In this document: positions 31,392-41,415 of the stretch, one piece after another
Layout of the letters: each line of letters starts with the position of its first letter
Numbering within the stretch: the first letter of the stretch is position 1
Assembly: GCA_963682135.1 (NCBI GenBank)
Contig: OY821645.1
Location: forward strand, 192,001 to 256,000
Reading direction: 5' to 3'
DNA: 64,000 bases
Origin: Methanothrix sp.
Lineage (GTDB): Archaea > Halobacteriota > Methanosarcinia > Methanotrichales > Methanotrichaceae
Notes under the pieces: generated by a model
What the model saw: only the letters and a program-made list of their open reading frames with translations
Told to the model about the DNA's origin: nothing
Databases searched by the model: none
Made by a program: the position numbers and the translations under genes

Positions 31392-31579
31392 ACAATAGAG
31401 AGTAATATGAATAGTATTTAAATTTTTCTACAGACATGAGTAAGATTTGTTTGTCCATGCTGGTGCGATCCAACCAGTCTTTCAACTTTGTCCCGGGCAC
31501 CCTCAATGCTGGGCCGGCTTTTCAATGATGGCAAACTCTAAATTCTTTCAGGATATTTTGATATGAAATACATCTTCGC

Positions 31580-32995
31580 ATGGGAGGTTACGTTATGAAT
31601 CAGTTCTGCCTGATTCCTGCAAACATGCTACTGGCATTTATGCTAATTCTGATGCCTATGACGGCATTGGCCTCAGATCGCATCTCTGAAGATCTTGTTC
31701 TCCAGAAAGATCTCAATCTAAAGAGCTTTGATTTCGAACCAAAACATGTCAAATTAGATGGCTCTGCAAAGACAGTGACCTTCCTGGCCACGATCCACGC
31801 TGATAAGGGCCTCCTGGATAAAAAAAATTTAACAGACTTTTCGACCTCGGCTACTTTCCTCGGGCCGCATTCCTTTTGGGACCCCTTCCACAGAGACAGA
31901 ATGAATGTGACTATCCTGCCATCTCCTATCTTGGGTGACGCGAAGAACGGATCCTACAAGGGAACTATGACACTCGAGAGCGGGACTGGGGAAGGGTTCT
32001 GGCAATTGGATTCAATCAAGCTGGTGGATGGCAACGGCTCTGTGAGAGAGCTTGTCGGTGATGATCTGGGCAATCTTCCCAAGGAACTGGAGGTAGAGGT
32101 AGGCTTAAAGAGATGGATACTATTTCTGCTGCTAATTCCGCTCCTGTTCATTGGACTTCTGTGCGTTATATACAGCAGGGGATCTAAAAAGATGCCTATC
32201 TCCATGATATGGAAGGGATATGATGGTGCGACCAGTACCTCAAAATTGCAGTTCCTCCTCTGGACAGTGGCTGTATTGTATGCATATATTATAATAATAA
32301 TTGATGCTTACTACAATCACAACATTGTCTCGATTGGTCTATCGATCCCTCAGAACCTTATCCTGGCTATGGGGCTTAGCGCAACTACTATGCTAGTGGC
32401 AAAAGGAATATCCACCAACTATGCGGATACAAATAAGATCGATAAGTCCGACACAAGCAAGGGCGGCCTTTTCTTTGACGACGACGGCTATCCCGACCTG
32501 GCAAAGATACAGCTCATGGCCTGGACGTTCGTTGGCATTGGCATCTTCCTCTTAAAGACCCTAAACGATGTCGTCGGATCAACCGGCGTATCTGCGCAGT
32601 TACCTGATATCGATGGTACTCTCCTGGCATTGATGGGAATCGGCCAGGGTTCATACGTCGGCAAGAAGATCATCACAAAAGATGATCAGAGTGCACCGAG
32701 TCTGGATTCGATCAGCAAGAGTGAGGGCAAACTTGATGATGATATAACAGTTACTGGTACGAATTTTGGAGATGAGCCCAGCAATTGTTTCATAACTATT
32801 GGTGGCAAAAAGGTCAAGTTCACCACGGCTCCAATATGGAAAAAGGGCGAGGTCTCTTTCCGACTGAAAAATATCGACACCTCGGATGAAGAGAGCAAAA
32901 AGGCTCTTCCTGATAAAGGAAAGATATTAATTGGCGTCATTGTCGGCAGCAAAGCCAGCGTGCAGGACAAGCCCTTCGAGATCACCTCTGCATGA
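31580..32995 (+). CDS. membrane protein with C-terminal IPT/TIG domain
   Basis: Signal peptide; SKLQFLLWT and DLAKIQLMAWT TM block; ITVTGTNFG. Confidence 0.75.
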   Translation: MGGYVMNQFCLIPANMLLAFMLILMPMTALASDRISEDLVLQKDLNLKSFDFEPKHVKLDGSAKTVTFLATIHADKGLLDKKNLTDFSTSATFLGPHSFWDPFHRDRMNVTILPSPILGDAKNGSYKGTMTLESGTGEGFWQLDSIKLVDGNGSVRELVGDDLGNLPKELEVEVGLKRWILFLLLIPLLFIGLLCVIYSRGSKKMPISMIWKGYDGATSTSKLQFLLWTVAVLYAYIIIIIDAYYNHNIVSIGLSIPQNLILAMGLSATTMLVAKGISTNYADTNKIDKSDTSKGGLFFDDDGYPDLAKIQLMAWTFVGIGIFLLKTLNDVVGSTGVSAQLPDIDGTLLALMGIGQGSYVGKKIITKDDQSAPSLDSISKSEGKLDDDITVTGTNFGDEPSNCFITIGGKKVKFTTAPIWKKGEVSFRLKNIDTSDEESKKALPDKGKILIGVIVGSKASVQDKPFEITSA

Positions 32996-33063
32996 TCTCT
33001 CAGAGATTAATATTTTTTATTAAAAAGAGGTTCGAGGAACTGTCGAATTGTGCCAGTCGCTAA

Positions 33064-33957
33064 TTAAATCATCTTGGTGACGATAAGCCTCCACTCCCTA
33101 CCATGAAGCTCAGCCGTTGTCCAGTAGCTCTCTTTGGTCACTGCTTTTCTATTGCCTTGCGTGACTATGAAGCTGTAGTACCCATGTCCCGATCTTGCGG
33201 CAATCATCTTCTCTCCTAAGGCCAAAAGGCTGGGGTACGGCTCGTAAAGGGGATCCTCGAATAGATACTTGCCAATCTGGCTGGCATCCCGGTCGTATGC
33301 TATTAGTCCATCTAAGTGCATTAACCAGAAGCTATAGTCGGTAATATTACTCCTATTATCGATATTGAAGTGTAGTTGGGGAGCTACCACGGCATTGAGC
33401 AACTTATCAGGTTCAATGATTGCGCTGATGCCTCCCAGGAACTCACCTTGTGGTGAGAATACCGGGTATGCCAGAGCTGTGCCGTTGTATCCTTCTGCCA
33501 GAAGGAACTGTTTGCTGAGCGTAGGGGTTTTGGTTTTCAGGACATGAGCTATATGTTCCTGGCTGCTTATATCTGCACCCTCACCGCCTTCGCATCCTCT
33601 GCACTCGGCTGCAATGATCTTCCCCTCTTTGTTGAAGGTCACTGCTTCGACCAGGTTCGAGTTGGTTTCCAATAGTCTGCGCAGGACCTCATCAGCTATG
33701 GCTCCCTCCAGGTCCGTTGCTGATAGATCACTGGATGCATTGGCTACGTCCAGGTCTACATCATTCAGGCTTCCCTGCACATCTGCCTGGATCTGGAGCA
33801 GCATGAAGAGCATATCTGCTGTAGTATTTAGGGCAGATACATTACCTTTTGTCGCATCCTGGCCAACAGCAAAGAACGTGCAAAAGAGCAGAGCAATGCC
33901 AAAAGCCAGACAGGCAAAACAAAATCTGCTTTTTACTGAATCTTTCTTTTTATTCAT
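33064..33957 (-). CDS. exported Cache-domain protein
   Basis: Signal/TM anchor; DISSQEH, YPVFSPQGEFLG, GHGYYSF and WRLIV motifs. Confidence 0.75.
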   Translation of the reverse strand: MNKKKDSVKSRFCFACLAFGIALLFCTFFAVGQDATKGNVSALNTTADMLFMLLQIQADVQGSLNDVDLDVANASSDLSATDLEGAIADEVLRRLLETNSNLVEAVTFNKEGKIIAAECRGCEGGEGADISSQEHIAHVLKTKTPTLSKQFLLAEGYNGTALAYPVFSPQGEFLGGISAIIEPDKLLNAVVAPQLHFNIDNRSNITDYSFWLMHLDGLIAYDRDASQIGKYLFEDPLYEPYPSLLALGEKMIAARSGHGYYSFIVTQGNRKAVTKESYWTTAELHGREWRLIVTKMI

Positions 33958-33971
33958 TTATCGTCCACCTT

Positions 33972-34436
33972 TCAAATAAGACAGATCTGCCTGATCCACT
34001 CCATTATCTCGTCTCTGACCCTTCGGAAAGCCTCAAGCTGCTCCTCCTCCGAGCCTGCGGCTGCGGCTGGATCGGCAAAGCTTCTGTGGATGACCTCTCT
34101 TGCTCGGGGAGATTGGCTGGGCTGCTGCAGATGTGTGCTGCAAATCGGGCATGCCTGTTTGGCCTTGTCGCAGACAGTGACCGCCAGGTCGAAAATCGTA
34201 TCCTGAAATTCCTGGGCGGTTTTGGATCGCTGAGCGGAAATATCAATGCCGATTTCCGCCATGGCCCGTACTGCACGAGGATCGACAAAGGTAGCGGCAA
34301 CCCCGGCGCTGTAGGCCTCATATCGATTCGGATACATGGCCCGCAAGAGGCCTTCCGCCATCTGGGAGCGAGCCGAGTTGTGGGTGCAGAGAAAGAGAAC
34401 CTTCTTCTTTTCCTGATCTCTTGAGGTTGAAGCCAT
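33972..34436 (-). CDS. arsC: thioredoxin-coupled arsenate reductase (LMWP family)
   Basis: FLCTHNSARSQMAE, TVC...ACP, DP and FRRVRDEI motifs. Confidence 0.88.
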   Translation of the reverse strand: MASTSRDQEKKKVLFLCTHNSARSQMAEGLLRAMYPNRYEAYSAGVAATFVDPRAVRAMAEIGIDISAQRSKTAQEFQDTIFDLAVTVCDKAKQACPICSTHLQQPSQSPRAREVIHRSFADPAAAAGSEEEQLEAFRRVRDEIMEWIRQICLI

Positions 34437-34527
34437 CTTCTGTCTCAATGATCATCATAATAGATCAGCATTTTGATTGTTTCTCTGTCTGGATTTTTGG
34501 TAATCTTGCGGAGGCGATAACCTTGAA

Positions 34528-34845
34528 ATGCTTCAATATCCTTTTTACTGGGGAATGGCCAGAGACGGGCAAAAAGCGAGAGAAATCTTGCAGGAGATCG
34601 AGGCGCTCTCTATGATGCACGAGAGGATCACGCAGTCCTCGGAGTGCCGGGAGTTCAACCGACGCGCTGCTCTGCTGCTGGAGAGGCTGGAAGACGCAGG
34701 ACTGTCTCGGATGGCGGACAGAGCCATGGATCTTTTGGCCGCCTGCAATCCTAAGGATCTCTCCCAATGCGACAGTGTGCAGCGGGCCAGGGATATCCTG
34801 GAGAGGCTGAGAGTGCTGGCTGGGGGGTTAGCAAATGATAAATAA
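34528..34845 (+). CDS. hypothetical helical protein
   Basis: 105 aa; host-like codon usage; three Cys. Confidence 0.55.
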   Translation: MLQYPFYWGMARDGQKAREILQEIEALSMMHERITQSSECREFNRRAALLLERLEDAGLSRMADRAMDLLAACNPKDLSQCDSVQRARDILERLRVLAGGLANDK

Positions 34846-34918
34846 GCATACGATAGGCAGCAGGGTTTTTATGACTTTAGAGATGAAGCCGAGGCGGAAA
34901 CGCTAAGCAGCCTCATCC

Positions 34919-36340
34919 TCACCACATCTTGTATCCCAGGTACCTCACTGCATAAATCAGCCCGATCACTATCACCGCCAGCCCGAAGATCTTGGTGACA
35001 TACTTTCCTGCCGAGATGTATTTCTCGCCGATCTGCCCGCCCACTGCTCGGGAAAAGGTGGCAATGGGAATTACAGGCACGCCATGTCCGACGCCGAAGA
35101 CGAAGAGCATCAGGCCGCCTGCCAGGGGCGTCACATTCTGAGAGATGAGCCAGATGAGCACGGGAAAGACCAGTGACACGGCACAGGGTGCCCAGCCCAG
35201 GGCAAAGAAGACCCCTAAAGCGAAAGCGCCGATGAAAGCCGAGTACTGGAAGAGGCCCATGGAGAAGTGAACCAGCCGCTCCATGATGCCCTTCTTCTCC
35301 ACCGCACAGTCTCCGGGAATAGCATCGGAATGGTCCTGATACACAGAGAGGCGGGAGCGCACCGGCTCGATTATCTCGCCAATGGGCTTGATGATATTGA
35401 TGCCCATGATTACCATCAGCAGCCCTGCGGCCAGGTCAAAGAAACGGGCCTGGCGGATGAAGACGCCGATGTCGGAGAGAAACAGCCCCACCAGGAAGAA
35501 GACCATGGCCATGCCCAGGGTGAAAGCCACCCCGATCATGAAGCCCTCCTTGGATGCGGAAGCGGACTTCTTGAGGTACTCCTCCTTCCTGCGGGCCGTC
35601 ATGACATAGGAGAACATGGCCAGGAGAAGGGCTACTGAGCAGGGAGAAAGAGAGGTTACAATGCCCAGGCCGAACATGCCCAGGTAGTTTACCCCCTGGC
35701 TACTGGCTGTGCCCGTGAATCCGGATGCAGAGGAGGAAGCTTCGCCTTGCTCCATGGAATACAGATCGCGGGATAGATTCTCTGCGCTCTGGATGCCGTC
35801 TATCTCTCCTTTGCCAAGCTGGTAGACGTGATAGAGGCCGGCCGCCTTTCCAGCTTTATCGATCAAAACAAGCGTGGGATTGGCAAAGCCGCCATCCAGG
35901 GTGGAGTAGTCGATATACTTGCCGCTTAGAGGGTAGGGCTCATAGTCTTCAATCCAGGGCCAGGTTACATTGATGTTCCACCAGGATTTGACCAGGGTGG
36001 GACCGTCTTTAGAGTAGGGATTCTTCCGGACATTGAGGGTTATGATATTTATGCCCGGATCATTTTGTGCCAGCAGGGAAAGCTGGTCGGTCTGAGCATT
36101 TAGAGCGTGCTCGCACTCCCTGCAGAGGGGGTTTTCAATGTTGGTGATATGCAAAAGGACGGCTTCTCCCCGAAAGTCGCTTAGAGATATACTCTTGCCA
36201 TTCTGGTCCACTGCCTGAAAGTTGGGAGCCGTCGCCTCCTGAGACAGGCAGGAGGGGGCGCACAAGAATAAGATCGAACAAAGGACAACAAAAAATTTGA
36301 CTGACCCTGATATCAGGGATTCTTTACATTTTATTGACAT
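34919..36340 (-). CDS. thioredoxin-like + CcdA/DsbD membrane protein
   Basis: APNFQAVD and CREC motifs; SLSPCS and GWAPCA TM cysteines. Confidence 0.88.
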   Translation of the reverse strand: MSIKCKESLISGSVKFFVVLCSILFLCAPSCLSQEATAPNFQAVDQNGKSISLSDFRGEAVLLHITNIENPLCRECEHALNAQTDQLSLLAQNDPGINIITLNVRKNPYSKDGPTLVKSWWNINVTWPWIEDYEPYPLSGKYIDYSTLDGGFANPTLVLIDKAGKAAGLYHVYQLGKGEIDGIQSAENLSRDLYSMEQGEASSSASGFTGTASSQGVNYLGMFGLGIVTSLSPCSVALLLAMFSYVMTARRKEEYLKKSASASKEGFMIGVAFTLGMAMVFFLVGLFLSDIGVFIRQARFFDLAAGLLMVIMGINIIKPIGEIIEPVRSRLSVYQDHSDAIPGDCAVEKKGIMERLVHFSMGLFQYSAFIGAFALGVFFALGWAPCAVSLVFPVLIWLISQNVTPLAGGLMLFVFGVGHGVPVIPIATFSRAVGGQIGEKYISAGKYVTKIFGLAVIVIGLIYAVRYLGYKMW

Positions 36341-36371
36341 GGAAGCGATCCTATTATCTTAAAGTCCAGCA

Positions 36372-36905
36372 TCAAGGATTCCAGTCAGCGGAGTTTTCAT
36401 CATATTGGACTATGGCATCCTCCACATAATTTTTAACCCAATCATCGCCCGTGACCTCATCGGTGCTGTGCCAGACCGGAACGACTTCGCCTTCGGAATT
36501 GGGTGCCAGAGTTAACACAACGGTCAGAGGCACATACGTTTTGCCGCCATTGGGATCATAGGCCTGCAGGGTTTCCTCTGACCTGGCATCACTGCCATCA
36601 CCCATTATCTCGAAAAATGCGATCTGGCCTTTGAATTTTTCAGTAATATTTTGCACGGCCAGGGTCTGAGGCGTACAATAACTGCATGATTTGTGCACAT
36701 AGATAAGAACGGGCTTGTCTTTCAGGGCATCCAAAACCCAGGAAGGATGATTCACATCGCCGCCGGCGCCTGGGGACTGGTCTGGATAAGCCGTCCACCA
36801 GTCATCATTTCCCGCTCCTACAGAAGAGACCGCTCCCATAGCGTTAATGCCGGATGCCAAAAGGAGGATCGCAACCAAAGATGATATCTTCGTGATTATG
36901 TCCAT
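36372..36905 (-). CDS. exported thioredoxin-family protein
   Basis: Signal peptide; CSYC; YVP cis-Pro motif. Confidence 0.8.
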   Translation of the reverse strand: MDIITKISSLVAILLLASGINAMGAVSSVGAGNDDWWTAYPDQSPGAGGDVNHPSWVLDALKDKPVLIYVHKSCSYCTPQTLAVQNITEKFKGQIAFFEIMGDGSDARSEETLQAYDPNGGKTYVPLTVVLTLAPNSEGEVVPVWHSTDEVTGDDWVKNYVEDAIVQYDENSADWNP

Positions 36906-37185
36906 TGAAATACACTCTCCACGTTGTTTATTATCTATTCCACACTCATTCCCAATGCCGGTAGAATCGACATTATTGGATATAAGTCTTTCGACTTTAT
37001 GATCTATATCGCCATACATCAAAAAATTATTGGACCAAATCCTAAAGGATTAACTATATTTCAGAGAGCTTATGTATTATCAATTGTTAATTCCAACTTG
37101 CCTGTTTTGTAAATGTATTATCGAATAAATTATATTAAATTAAAGACAGATGTCGTACTTGAGCTTAACAATATGACGGGAAAAT

Positions 37186-37211
37186 TTTATATATCGAAAT
37201 AACTGGATATG
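37186..37211 (+). promoter_or_regulatory. TATA box overlapped by putative ArsR operator
   Basis: ttttatatatcgaaataactggatatg; similar to 45339-45361. Confidence 0.5.
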
Positions 37212-37247
37212 GGTGTCCAAAGAGACCGGCCGTAAGGGCGGATTCAT

Positions 37248-37277
37248 GATGCATTAAGATGCATTAAATGCATTAAA
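37248..37277. repeat. tandem atgcattaa x3
   Basis: gatgcattaagatgcattaaatgcattaaa. Confidence 0.8.
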
Positions 37278-37466
37278 GGTGATCGCCAAAATGATTCCTG
37301 TGAAATGTGAAATTTGCAGCAGAGAAGTAGAATCCCTCTTCATTGTCAGTCATAAAGCGAGAGGAAGAATAAGGATATGCGAGGGTTGTTTGAAGCAAGA
37401 AGAGCATAACCTTCTCTCTAAAAAAAGCTGCGATTGCTGTTAAGTGAGGTAAGTGAGGATCGATCC

Positions 37467-37847
37467 ATGACATGCATACCAAAAGAGGCTGTGGGCAGGA
37501 TGGCACGGCTGATTGGAGATGCCGATAAGGCTCTGTGCAAAGTCAATAAGCTGCGCTCCATTACCAGCAAGCTGGACGAAAAGGAAATAGAAGTTGAGGC
37601 GGAAATTTTCAAGGCCATGGCTGATCCCTGCCGCCTCAAGATCCTATCGCTTCTGCGGGAAGGCGAGCTATGCGTCTGCGAGATCATGGTCGGCGTGGAC
37701 AGACCACAATCCAGCACTTCCCACCACCTCTCCATCCTCAGAGATGCCGGGCTCATCAGAGAACGCAAGGACGGAAGATGGTCAAGATACAGGCTGTCCG
37801 AAGGCGCGGTAATTGAAATGCTCAATTTGGTGAAGCTATTGAAATGA
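37467..37847 (+). CDS. arsR: ArsR/SmtB repressor
   Basis: FKAMADPCRL, ELCVCE and SHHL motifs; upstream of acr3. Confidence 0.88.
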   Translation: MTCIPKEAVGRMARLIGDADKALCKVNKLRSITSKLDEKEIEVEAEIFKAMADPCRLKILSLLREGELCVCEIMVGVDRPQSSTSHHLSILRDAGLIRERKDGRWSRYRLSEGAVIEMLNLVKLLK

Positions 37848-37894
37848 AAATAATGTCCGAAAGATGCAACAATGCTTAAAAGAGGCAACCATCA

Positions 37895-38950
37895 ATGACA
37901 AAATTCAATACCATCGGAATTATGATAATTTTCTTGACAGCTTTGGCTCCCGCGGTGGACGCAGGCTGCAGCTGCGGTGGGGGCAACTGGGACCCCAGTG
38001 CTTTTCTGAACTCAGAGGATGGCACCGGCCAGACTGTACAGCACGACAGCACTCATAATGGCGCGGCGGGAAATTCAGGCAGCAGCGCGCAAAAACCGAT
38101 AGATTCGAAAGATCCGATAGATCGAGTGGCATCCTTCCCCAATGGTGCGCTATTCAAGGCCATGAAGAGCGTTTCCAGCTCAGATGTGGTAATGGACGTG
38201 TCCAACGAAAACAGCTATTCTACATCCCACATTAAGAATGCCATTCACATTCCGAGCATTGATTTCCTCAATAGTGCTGGCAATCTCAAGACTGGTGAAG
38301 AACTTGCCAAGATCCTGGGCGATGCCGGCATCTCCAGAGATGACTCCGTAGTCCTTTACACCGGCAAAGAGAGCTCAGGCGAGGCTGAATTTGCCTTCCT
38401 GGTGCTGCGCTATCTGGGACAGAAGGATGTGAGGCTTCTGGATGGAAACCTGGCTGACTGGAAGGCTGCCGGCCTGCCGGAAGAGGCCTCTGAGAAGGTG
38501 CTGCCTGCTAAAGAATACAATCCTTCGCTCAGGTCAGACATAATAGCCGAGTACCAATATGTGAAGTCCGGCCAGGCCCAGATAATAGACGTTCGGCCGT
38601 TCGTCGATTTTGGCAAAGGCCGCATACCCGGCTCTATTGCACTGGACCCGTCCAATGTGATCAAAGGAGATAAGCTCAAGACCAAAGCGGATTTGAGCAA
38701 TGTCTTTAGCAGGCTGGACAAAGAAAAGCCGATTGTGGTCTATTCCGATGATTATAGCCGGTCTGCTCTGGCCACGTTTGCTCTGCAGCTCATGGGATAT
38801 AAGGCCAGCATTTATACCTGGGGGGATTGGAAGGCCCACGAAGCATCAACTGAGAAGGCAGAGGCTGCACAGGTGCAGGCAGAGGCCGGGACCGCTCCCG
38901 CCGGCGGGAATGATGCCGTGTCTAAGTACACAAAGCTGGGCATGACGTGA
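37895..38950 (+). CDS. exported tandem-rhodanese protein
   Basis: Signal peptide followed by GCSC; HIKNA, LLDG and GRIPGS motifs; catalytic Cys position is Ser/Thr. Confidence 0.8.
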   Translation: MTKFNTIGIMIIFLTALAPAVDAGCSCGGGNWDPSAFLNSEDGTGQTVQHDSTHNGAAGNSGSSAQKPIDSKDPIDRVASFPNGALFKAMKSVSSSDVVMDVSNENSYSTSHIKNAIHIPSIDFLNSAGNLKTGEELAKILGDAGISRDDSVVLYTGKESSGEAEFAFLVLRYLGQKDVRLLDGNLADWKAAGLPEEASEKVLPAKEYNPSLRSDIIAEYQYVKSGQAQIIDVRPFVDFGKGRIPGSIALDPSNVIKGDKLKTKADLSNVFSRLDKEKPIVVYSDDYSRSALATFALQLMGYKASIYTWGDWKAHEASTEKAEAAQVQAEAGTAPAGGNDAVSKYTKLGMT

Positions 38951-38987
38951 TTTCTTAAATTCTAATTGTTAATGGAGGGAAGATCAA

Positions 38988-40067
38988 ATGTCAAACAGTG
39001 TCAGCAAGGGCCTGGATTTCCTATCCCGCTACCTCACGATCTGGATCTTTGTGGCCATGTTTCTCGGCGTGGCCGTGGGCTACTATGCGCCGGAAATTAC
39101 CCGGTTCATCATAAGCTTACAGATCGGCACAACCTCAATTCCTATCGCCATCGGGCTAATTCTGATGATGTATCCGCCTCTGGCCAAGGTGAAGTATGAA
39201 GAGCTGGGAAGGGTCTTTCAAGACCGAAAGGTTCTCGGCCTTTCCCTGATACAGAACTGGATCATCGGCCCTATTCTGATGTTTGCGCTGGCGGTAATCT
39301 TCCTGAGGGATTATCCTCATCTCATGTACGGCATAATTCTCATCGGTCTGGCCCGCTGCATCGCCATGGTCATCGTCTGGAATGAGCTGGCTTGCGGCTG
39401 CACCGAGTACTGCGCCGCCCTGGTGGGGCTCAACTCCATCTTTCAGGTGCTCTTCTATTCCGTTTATGCTTATGTCTTCATCACAGTGCTGCCCGCTGCC
39501 CTGGGAATAGCTGAGGGAACGCTTGTCAATGTAACCATCTCCCAGATTGCCCAGAGCGTCTTCATCTATCTGGGCATACCCTTCCTGGCGGGCATAATCA
39601 CCAGATTCAGCCTGATCAAGGCCAGAGGAAGAGTCTGGTACGAGAAGGTCTTCATACCCAAAATCTCGCCCCTGACCCTCGTTGCCCTGCTCTTTACAAT
39701 TGTGGTGATGTTCTCACTGAAAGGCGACTACATCGTACAGCTTCCCCTGGATGTGGTGCGGGTGGCCGTGCCTCTGGCCATTTACTTCCTGGTCATGTTC
39801 TTTGTCAGCTTCTTCATGGCTTACAGGCTGGGGGTCAGCTACGAGAACACAGCCGCTCTATCGTTTACAGCGGCCAGCAACAACTTCGAACTGGCCATTG
39901 CCGTAGCTGTGGGCATCTTTGGCATCGCCTCCCAGGAGGCATTTGCTGCCGTCATCGGGCCGCTCATCGAGGTTCCCATGCTGATCATGCTGGTGAATGT
40001 GGCGTTGAAGCTGAAGGAGAGGTATTTTGTGGGGGATAGGGCGAGGTGCGAGAGCCGTAACGAATAG
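38988..40067 (+). CDS. acr3: ACR3 arsenite efflux transporter
   Basis: [24 protein letters not shown] and GPLIEVP motifs. Confidence 0.95.
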   Translation: MSNSVSKGLDFLSRYLTIWIFVAMFLGVAVGYYAPEITRFIISLQIGTTSIPIAIGLILMMYPPLAKVKYEELGRVFQDRKVLGLSLIQNWIIGPILMFALAVIFLRDYPHLMYGIILIGLARCIAMVIVWNELACGCTEYCAALVGLNSIFQVLFYSVYAYVFITVLPAALGIAEGTLVNVTISQIAQSVFIYLGIPFLAGIITRFSLIKARGRVWYEKVFIPKISPLTLVALLFTIVVMFSLKGDYIVQLPLDVVRVAVPLAIYFLVMFFVSFFMAYRLGVSYENTAALSFTAASNNFELAIAVAVGIFGIASQEAFAAVIGPLIEVPMLIMLVNVALKLKERYFVGDRARCESRNE

Positions 40068-40077
40068 AAAAGGATAT

Positions 40078-40791
40078 CTATTTTTTATAGCCCATCCAGC
40101 CGCCATAGAGAAATCCTGAAAAGTATTTGGACACTCTTGTGAAGCCCGCCGTTTCCAGCAATTCCATTATACGCCACTCTGGAACAAATTGGACTGTCTT
40201 CATAATAACTTCATTGAATATGTTTTCCACCGTCTCGCTTGGCACACCGCTGATAACCGGATAATTCTTCCAGGCCACCTTGATTTCCTCGAAATTTGTG
40301 CTGCCCGGCTCTCCAAAGCCGTCTATCAATACCAAAGGTGCACCATGCTTCAAGCGTTTAGATATACTCTCAAGTAGATTCAACTTGGCTCCGTCGTCTT
40401 TCAGGAAATGCATTACCAGAATGCAGGTGGCAGCGTCGAAAACCTCCCCCTCTTTCAGGTCATCAACATATCCTTTTCTTAATTCGATTTCGCCGGCCAG
40501 ATTCATTTTAGAGATCTTTTTTCCTGCAAGAGCCAGCATATCCGCAGAAGGATCAACGCCGCAAAACGACCATCCGGGATTCAAAGGAGCAAATTCCAAA
40601 ATTTCCATACCTGTGCCTATGCCTGCTACAAGAATTCTGGCCTGCTTGGGAAGTATGGCTCGCAGATAGCAGTGAGTCAGTTTAAATATCTCCTCGTAAG
40701 CCCCGCAAAATTGCCTGATGAACTTATCATATTCTTCAACATTCATCGGCGGTTTTTCATCGAAATTTCCGGCTTTGGGTAAATTGGCCAT
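40078..40791 (-). CDS. class I SAM-dependent methyltransferase
   Basis: LVAGIGTG, GVDPSADML and ILVMHF motifs. Confidence 0.88.
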   Translation of the reverse strand: MANLPKAGNFDEKPPMNVEEYDKFIRQFCGAYEEIFKLTHCYLRAILPKQARILVAGIGTGMEILEFAPLNPGWSFCGVDPSADMLALAGKKISKMNLAGEIELRKGYVDDLKEGEVFDAATCILVMHFLKDDGAKLNLLESISKRLKHGAPLVLIDGFGEPGSTNFEEIKVAWKNYPVISGVPSETVENIFNEVIMKTVQFVPEWRIMELLETAGFTRVSKYFSGFLYGGWMGYKK

Positions 40792-40839
40792 AACTGAAAC
40801 CTCTTGAGCATGCAGAGCTTAAACTTTGCCGAAGCGACG

Positions 40840-40906
40840 GGCATCGCTTCCCAGGAGGACTTAGCTGCGGTGATCGGGTCGATTATCGAGGTGCTGTATG
40901 TTGATC
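40840..40906 (+). pseudogene. degenerate duplicate of acr3 3' segment
   Basis: ggcatcgcttcccaggagga...atcgaggt matches 39921-39987 (GIASQE...VIG..IEV). Confidence 0.75.
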
Positions 40907-40945
40907 GGGTGATGTGAGGTAGGCAGAGATTGAAAAATTAGAATT

Positions 40946-41203
40946 CTATCTTTGCTGCAACCGGGGCTTCCATTTCATGTTCATGTATAACCTTCCGCCC
41001 TCTAGCTCGTCGAGCATCTGATTGAGGCGCTTTGTCTTCGTGGCCTCAAGCTTTGCACGGGCAATCCAGCCGAGGTAATCGTTTTGCTGGTAGGGAGGAC
41101 GCATAAGATAAGCATCCATTAGCCCGCGCTCGTTAAGAGCATCTCGAACGAATTGTGTCATTGGATTCCTGGGACGTTTCAGTGTGCTTTTGGATTCGGA
41201 CAT
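40946..41203 (-). CDS. YdeI/OmpD-associated family protein
   Basis: RPPYQQNDYLGWIARAKLEATKTKRL. Confidence 0.85.
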   Translation of the reverse strand: MSESKSTLKRPRNPMTQFVRDALNERGLMDAYLMRPPYQQNDYLGWIARAKLEATKTKRLNQMLDELEGGRLYMNMKWKPRLQQR

Positions 41204-41415
41204 GGCCTACCTCCACGGAGCTGACTCTGTGTTTCGGTTTCGTTTTGATATCATCGCGCTGGTCACCAGCACGAGAAGCCCATCAGATGATGATAGAATA
41301 TCAGTGCAACAGAGATCGCAGTAAGCTATTCGCTTCTGATCCATATAATTCTACTTACTATTCGGAACGAAGGCTATGAATCCATCTCATGTCACTGTCC
41401 ATGGCCATCACCCTA

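Noticed and set aside
40078-40791. Arsenite methyltransferase ArsM
   Set aside because: Lacks the recognisable ArsM cysteine motifs and lies opposite to the ars operon
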